Below, piece after piece: positions 59,084 through 64,000 of a DNA stretch of 64,000 nucleotides (positions are counted from its first letter, which is position 1; each line of letters starts with the position of its first letter). The translations under genes and the position numbers were made by a program. The notes below the pieces were generated by a model. It did no database searches, was not told where the DNA came from, and saw nothing but the letters and a program-made list of their open reading frames with translations. This DNA comes from Candidatus Latescibacterota bacterium (GTDB lineage Bacteria > Latescibacterota > UBA2968 > GCA-2709665). The stretch is from the NCBI GenBank assembly GCA_965237675.1, contig OZ250150.1:672001-736000 (forward strand), read 5' to 3'.

Positions 59084-62000
59084 TTGCATCTTTCCCGACT
59101 GACGGCTTTGGGCTTCAAATCCTTCGTGCAACAGCTGGATCTTTCGCTTCAGAAGGGCATTACATGCGTTGTGGGCCCCAACGGCTGTGGCAAATCCAAC
59201 GTGGTGGATGCGCTGCGCTGGGCGCTGGGCGAGCAGCGGGTTCGGTCGTTGCGCAGCAACAATATGGAGGACGTGATTTTTTCAGGTACCCGGAACCGGA
59301 AACCGCTCGGTATGGCCGAGGTGTCGATCACCATTGCCAATGAAGACCGGATTCTGCCGGTCGACTATACCGAAGTGACCGTTACCCGCCGTCTGTTTCG
59401 ATCCGGAGACAGCGACTATTTGTTGAATAGGGTACCGTGCCGGTTGAAGGATATTCAGAATCTGCTGATGGATACGGGCCTGGGCGCGCACGCTTATTCC
59501 GTCATTGAGCAGGGGATGATGGATGAAATCATCAGCGACAAACCCGAGGAAAGGCGGCGGCTGTTCGAGGAGGCCGCCGGGGTAACCCGATATAAGGTAC
59601 AGCGGAGGGCGGCCTGGAACCGCCTGGAGTCTGTCCAGCAGGACTTGAAGACCGTGGACGCTGTAATGGCGGAAGTCGAGCGCCAGGTGAACGCTCTTGC
59701 ACGGCAGGAGCGGAAGGCGCGGCTCTACAGACAGCTTTCAGACCAGATGAAGGACCTCGACCTCCGGCTCGGTCGATACCGGTTCTTTCAGATGTCCGAA
59801 CGATCCCGGCCGGTTGCGGATGAAATGGCCTTTCTCAAAGAGGACGTGGAGGTTGCCTCCGGAGATATCGCCCGCGCGGAGGCGCGCCTGGAGGAACTTC
59901 GAACGGAACTGGCCGAACGGGATCAAGCCCTTGTGGAAGCAAATGTGGAAGTGAGCAGGCAGAATGACCTCGTACATCGGAGGCAAACGGATATCGCGGT
60001 AGCGCGGGAGAAAATCCGATCGATCGATGCCTTCCTCGAACAGGCGGACCGGCGACAAAAGGACATGGCCGCACGGCAGGACACGGTACGGAGGGAAGGG
60101 GCGGCCGCCGCGCGGCGCGGATCGTTGGCGCAGGCGGCATTGCAGCGCGCGGAAAACGCATTGGAGACGGAGCGCGGCGCGCTGGAAGGGACGAACCAGG
60201 CGCTCGACGCGCGACGAACCCGTGCCGACGAACAAAAGACACAATTGATGAGCGCCCTGGGTGAAATCAATGAAGGGACCGGACGGTTGGAACGCGGACG
60301 GACCAGGCTGGAGGGGATTGCGCAACGCCAGGCCCGCCTTGAAGCCGATGCCAGGCATGTGGTTCTCCGCAAACAGGAGGCCGATGGTTCAGGACGTGAG
60401 GCCGCACGGCAGATACACAGCCTGGAACGGGGGGTGGCCGACCAAGGCAGGCAGCGGGACGCGCACGCGGCGGAGCATCGCCGCCTCCAGGCCGAACTGG
60501 AAGGAATGATGGAAAGGCGCAGCCGCCTGCTGGCCCAACGAGAGGCCGACGGGGCGCGGGTCGGACTTCTGAAAAGACTACGGGAGGGATTCGAAGGCTA
60601 CTCGAGCGGCGTCCGCGCGTTGGCGGTCGATTCTCCCTTTGTGGATCGAGTGCGCGGCGTGGTCGCGGACCGGATTGAGGTGGATGCCCGGTACGCAACC
60701 GCTATTGAAGCGGCCCTTGGACGCGCGCTGGAATGTCTGCTGGTGGACGAACCCGCCGACGCGGTTAAGGCTATGGACTACCTGCGATCGGGCGATCGCG
60801 GATCCGCGGCGTTTCTGCCACTGGATCCCGTTTACAGCGGCAACGGCGCCCGCTGGACGCCGCCGGATGGCGAAGGCGTGGTGGGCAGGGCGTCGGATCT
60901 TTTGGGGGGCGAGGAATCTCCGGTTCATGCACTGCTTCACCGAACGCTGGTGGTGGTCAACGCGGAAAACGCGCTTGCGCTGCTGGAAGATATGCGGTCT
61001 GAGGGTGTGGATCTGGTTACCGAGAAGGGCGAACTGTTCTCGGCCGACGGCACGATATACGGCGGGAAGACGACGGATGGCGGCGCGGGCCTGATCGGGC
61101 GCAGACAGGAGATCGAAACGCTGGAAGCAAATCTGAGTGCTGGGCGCGCCGAATTGGAATCGTTGGATTCGGCACTCGAGAACGCCACCACATCGCTGGC
61201 CGAATTGCAGACTTGCATCGACGAAACGGACAGCAATCTGGCAAGTTTGAGCAATCGTCTGGCCGCGCACCGGCGGGAACTTCAGATCGCACAGTCCGAA
61301 GAACAACGGCAGGTGGGGGCCGAGGTTGAAATTCGGGATGAAATCGCGGCGCTGATGAAAGTTGAAACCGATTTGAGGGAAGCCATCGCTTCCGAGGCAG
61401 CACAGTTGAACGTACTGGATGAACGGCGCGCGCAACTGGAAGCCGCAACCCGCGAGGTGGACATGGCGCTGCGGGAACGGGAACAGCAGCGGCGGGCGGA
61501 GCAGGACGCGGTCTCCAAACGGCAGGTGGAGATCGCTTCATTGAAAGCCGGCGTGGACCGGCAAAGAGACGAGAAGCAGAGATGCGACCGGGACCATGCT
61601 GAAATAGACCGGGAACTGAAACGACTGGTCACCGAGTGCGAGGAACAGCAAAAAGAAAAGAACGACCTGGAGAACGCCGCTCAGGTTGCCGCGGAGGAAC
61701 TGGAGAAATTGCATCGAAAGCGGGACGAACTGGAGGTCAAACGGGACAGGCAGGCGGAACGCCAACAGGCTCTGTCGACAGATACCCGGAAGTTGGAAGC
61801 GGAAGTACGGGAAAAGAACCGGCGCGTAAATCAGAACCGTGATCGATTGGGTCAGCTGCAAGTCGAGATGGCGGAGTTAAAAACGGGAGCGGAGGCGTTA
61901 CGGGCGCGAATTCTGGACGAATACGAGGTGGATGTCAGAGAGGCTGGCGCATTGGACGATCCTGAGTTCATTGAAGACGTGACCGAAAAGCGTGCGAGTG

Positions 62001-62680
62001 AGATTCGCGACCGGCTCCGGCGTATGGGTTCAGTAAATCTGGCCGCCGTGGAAGAGTATGAGGAGCAGAAACGCCACCATGAGTTTATGTCCAAACACAG
62101 GAGCGATTTGCTGGAGGCGGCAGAAACCCTCAAGCGGACCATATCCCGGATCGACCGGACGGCCCGCGGCCGTTTTATGGTGACGTTCGATCAGATCAAA
62201 GAGAATTTCCGGAAGACGTTCGAGGCGTTTTTTGAAGGCGGCCAGGCGGATCTCCTGATGCCAGCCGATCAAGACCCGCTGGAGGCGCCGCTGGAGATTA
62301 TCGCACGGCCGCGGGGCAAACAGCTGCGGCATATCAACCTGCTTTCCGGGGGAGAACGGGCGCTGACCGCGATTGCACTGCTATTCGCGATTTACCTCGT
62401 CAAGCCGAGCCCGTTCTGCATTCTGGACGAGGTCGATGCCCCTCTGGACGATGCCAACGTCGCCCGTTTCGTGCGGGTGCTCAAACGGTTTGCGGCTGAC
62501 ACCCAGTTTATCGTGGTTACCCACAACAAGGTCACGATGGCTGCGGCGGACTGCCTGCACGGTATTACAATGGAAGAGCCGGGGGTGTCCAGGCTGGTAT
62601 CGGTCAGGCTGGATCACGAAGCACACGGCGGTAACGGACAGGCGGAGGCGATGGCGGAAACCACAGCCGCGGACGATTGA
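59084..62680 (+). CDS. smc: chromosome segregation protein SMC
   Basis: GFKSF, GPNGCGKSN, hinge, coiled coils, LSGGE, LDEVDAPLD and VVTH. RBS AGGAGG. Confidence 0.97.
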   Translation: MHLSRLTALGFKSFVQQLDLSLQKGITCVVGPNGCGKSNVVDALRWALGEQRVRSLRSNNMEDVIFSGTRNRKPLGMAEVSITIANEDRILPVDYTEVTVTRRLFRSGDSDYLLNRVPCRLKDIQNLLMDTGLGAHAYSVIEQGMMDEIISDKPEERRRLFEEAAGVTRYKVQRRAAWNRLESVQQDLKTVDAVMAEVERQVNALARQERKARLYRQLSDQMKDLDLRLGRYRFFQMSERSRPVADEMAFLKEDVEVASGDIARAEARLEELRTELAERDQALVEANVEVSRQNDLVHRRQTDIAVAREKIRSIDAFLEQADRRQKDMAARQDTVRREGAAAARRGSLAQAALQRAENALETERGALEGTNQALDARRTRADEQKTQLMSALGEINEGTGRLERGRTRLEGIAQRQARLEADARHVVLRKQEADGSGREAARQIHSLERGVADQGRQRDAHAAEHRRLQAELEGMMERRSRLLAQREADGARVGLLKRLREGFEGYSSGVRALAVDSPFVDRVRGVVADRIEVDARYATAIEAALGRALECLLVDEPADAVKAMDYLRSGDRGSAAFLPLDPVYSGNGARWTPPDGEGVVGRASDLLGGEESPVHALLHRTLVVVNAENALALLEDMRSEGVDLVTEKGELFSADGTIYGGKTTDGGAGLIGRRQEIETLEANLSAGRAELESLDSALENATTSLAELQTCIDETDSNLASLSNRLAAHRRELQIAQSEEQRQVGAEVEIRDEIAALMKVETDLREAIASEAAQLNVLDERRAQLEAATREVDMALREREQQRRAEQDAVSKRQVEIASLKAGVDRQRDEKQRCDRDHAEIDRELKRLVTECEEQQKEKNDLENAAQVAAEELEKLHRKRDELEVKRDRQAERQQALSTDTRKLEAEVREKNRRVNQNRDRLGQLQVEMAELKTGAEALRARILDEYEVDVREAGALDDPEFIEDVTEKRASEIRDRLRRMGSVNLAAVEEYEEQKRHHEFMSKHRSDLLEAAETLKRTISRIDRTARGRFMVTFDQIKENFRKTFEAFFEGGQADLLMPADQDPLEAPLEIIARPRGKQLRHINLLSGGERALTAIALLFAIYLVKPSPFCILDEVDAPLDDANVARFVRVLKRFAADTQFIVVTHNKVTMAAADCLHGITMEEPGVSRLVSVRLDHEAHGGNGQAEAMAETTAADD

Positions 62681-62727
62681 ATCCGGAGAGCGTAAAACGG
62701 CCCACCGCCCCGGGCGGCGTGTCAATT

Positions 62728-62752
62728 GTAGGGGCAACCCTTGTGGTTGCCC
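62728..62752 (+). repeat. GTAG-type REP palindrome
   Basis: GTAG-GGGCAACC-CTTGT-GGTTGCCC. Confidence 0.75.
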
Positions 62753-62955
62753 GGCGTCATCGCAATGCGATGACTCGCCGCGGGTTGGTCGAAAGACAGT
62801 CCATTGACTCTCATGGTTAAACATCCTGTCATGCTGAGGATGCCGACAGGCTGACGAAGCATCTCTGGCACGGGCGATTGGAATGATAGATTGACGGCCA
62901 ACGGGATGCGATGGTATCACCAGCCAAAAGTCGTGAGATGCGACAGGTTATACGC

Positions 62956-62998
62956 CAAAGGATCGGCCGCGTAAAAGCTGCCGATCCTTTGTCTTTTT
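62956..62998 (+). terminator. intrinsic terminator between convergent smc and redoxin genes
   Basis: CAAAGGATCGGC/GCCGATCCTTTG stem followed by TCTTTTT. Confidence 0.75.
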
Positions 62999-63066
62999 GT
63001 GATCGCCGCGGCGATGGCGTCCGTCGCCGTAAGCCTGACATCAGGTTTGACGCAATCGGATTATAT

Positions 63067-63999
63067 TTAAACCGAACCCAGGCTTTTCAGGATCTTCGCG
63101 ACAACGGCATCCGTATCCCGTATTCCCAATCCGGCCAGCCGCTCCAGGATCATCCCTTGCGGATCCACCAGGAAATAGGCCGGTATCCCGCGAACGTTGT
63201 AGGCGCTGGTGGCGCCGGAACCGGATGCCCCCGAGCGCACGTGCACCCCTTCGATCCCGTGTTTTTCGATGGCCTTGCGCCATGCGGCGTCGCTGGAATC
63301 CAGTGAAAGGTTGACGAAAACCACCGGCTGACCGGCCGTTTGCTTCTTTATTTTTCGCAGAAATGGCAAATCGCCGATGCAGGGACCGCACCAACTCGCC
63401 CAGAAATCCAGAAGCACCACCTTGCCCCTGAACTGGCTCAGCGACACGGGTTGTCCTTCCAGGTCCGTCAACGTGAAATCGGGCGCATGGCGCCCCGGTT
63501 GCAGCGCCATCGCCTTGTCCAGGACTGCCTGGACCGCCTCGTTGTATTCCGGATGAGGATTGGTCGCCTGGAAATCCCGCCACATGCGGTTGGTCGACGC
63601 AAAACCGTCACGTCCGTGCTGAAAACTACTGATCAGCTGTTCGGCCAGGTACCAGTAGCGCACTCTCCCGTTCAGTTTCTTCTCGGCCAGATCGAACCTG
63701 CGTGGAAGCATGGGTACTGTCCGTTTCTTTATTGCATAGATCGAATCAAGCTTTGCCTGAACCGCCTGCGGCAGGCCCAAGTCCGCGAGATCGAGCTTCC
63801 GCGACAGCCTGAGCGGCTGACGGTTTTCGTACAGCGAGTCCAGTCGGGCGCCGATCTCCGGCGATATGTCCAATCCCGTGAGATCCATCATTTCGGTCAG
63901 TTTCCGCGTCCTGCGAAAAGACCTGAACCCTTTAAACGGATCCGCCCCTTCTTCTTCGGGCAGCCGGAAAACCAGCGCACCGTCCGTCGTATCGATTGC
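63067..63999 (-). CDS. TlpA/ResA-like thioredoxin-domain protein (partial, 5' end outside window)
   Basis: APDFTL..G..VSLSQFRGKVVLLDFWASWCGPC and YNVRGIP. The frame is open to the window edge. Confidence 0.9.
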   Translation of the reverse strand, partial: AIDTTDGALVFRLPEEEGADPFKGFRSFRRTRKLTEMMDLTGLDISPEIGARLDSLYENRQPLRLSRKLDLADLGLPQAVQAKLDSIYAIKKRTVPMLPRRFDLAEKKLNGRVRYWYLAEQLISSFQHGRDGFASTNRMWRDFQATNPHPEYNEAVQAVLDKAMALQPGRHAPDFTLTDLEGQPVSLSQFRGKVVLLDFWASWCGPCIGDLPFLRKIKKQTAGQPVVFVNLSLDSSDAAWRKAIEKHGIEGVHVRSGASGSGATSAYNVRGIPAYFLVDPQGMILERLAGLGIRDTDAVVAKILKSLGSV

Positions 64000-64000
64000 G

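Overview
GC-rich bacterial chromosomal window. The gene content (many Gfo/Idh, PhyH, DegT, MDR and ceramidase-like paralogs, plus an ExbB-ExbD-ExbD-TonB-TPR unit) suggests an FCB/Latescibacterota-like heterotroph; this is an inference. Core genes: shikimate and aromatic pathway (tyrA end, aroA-like, aroE, aroK, aroB), ubiE, argS, mnmA, comM, fabV, guaB, tRNA-Thr(TGT), cysS, ddl, ispDF, queA, an exonuclease-DinG, an RSH and smc. These are interspersed with catabolic genes and many small palindromic or MITE-like intergenic repeats. The top finding is an AbgB-like M20 amidohydrolase (56281..54959) whose conserved metal-binding Cys in GHGCGHN is encoded by an in-frame TGA followed by a SECIS-like hairpin, making it a candidate selenoprotein. 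Other highlights are a full-length AroA homolog that has lost nearly all catalytic motifs, an RSH with an intact hydrolase but degenerate synthetase, a DUF559 remnant tied to a dispersed palindromic repeat, and a CTAG-bounded MITE. All calls come from reading motifs by eye; no database searches were run.
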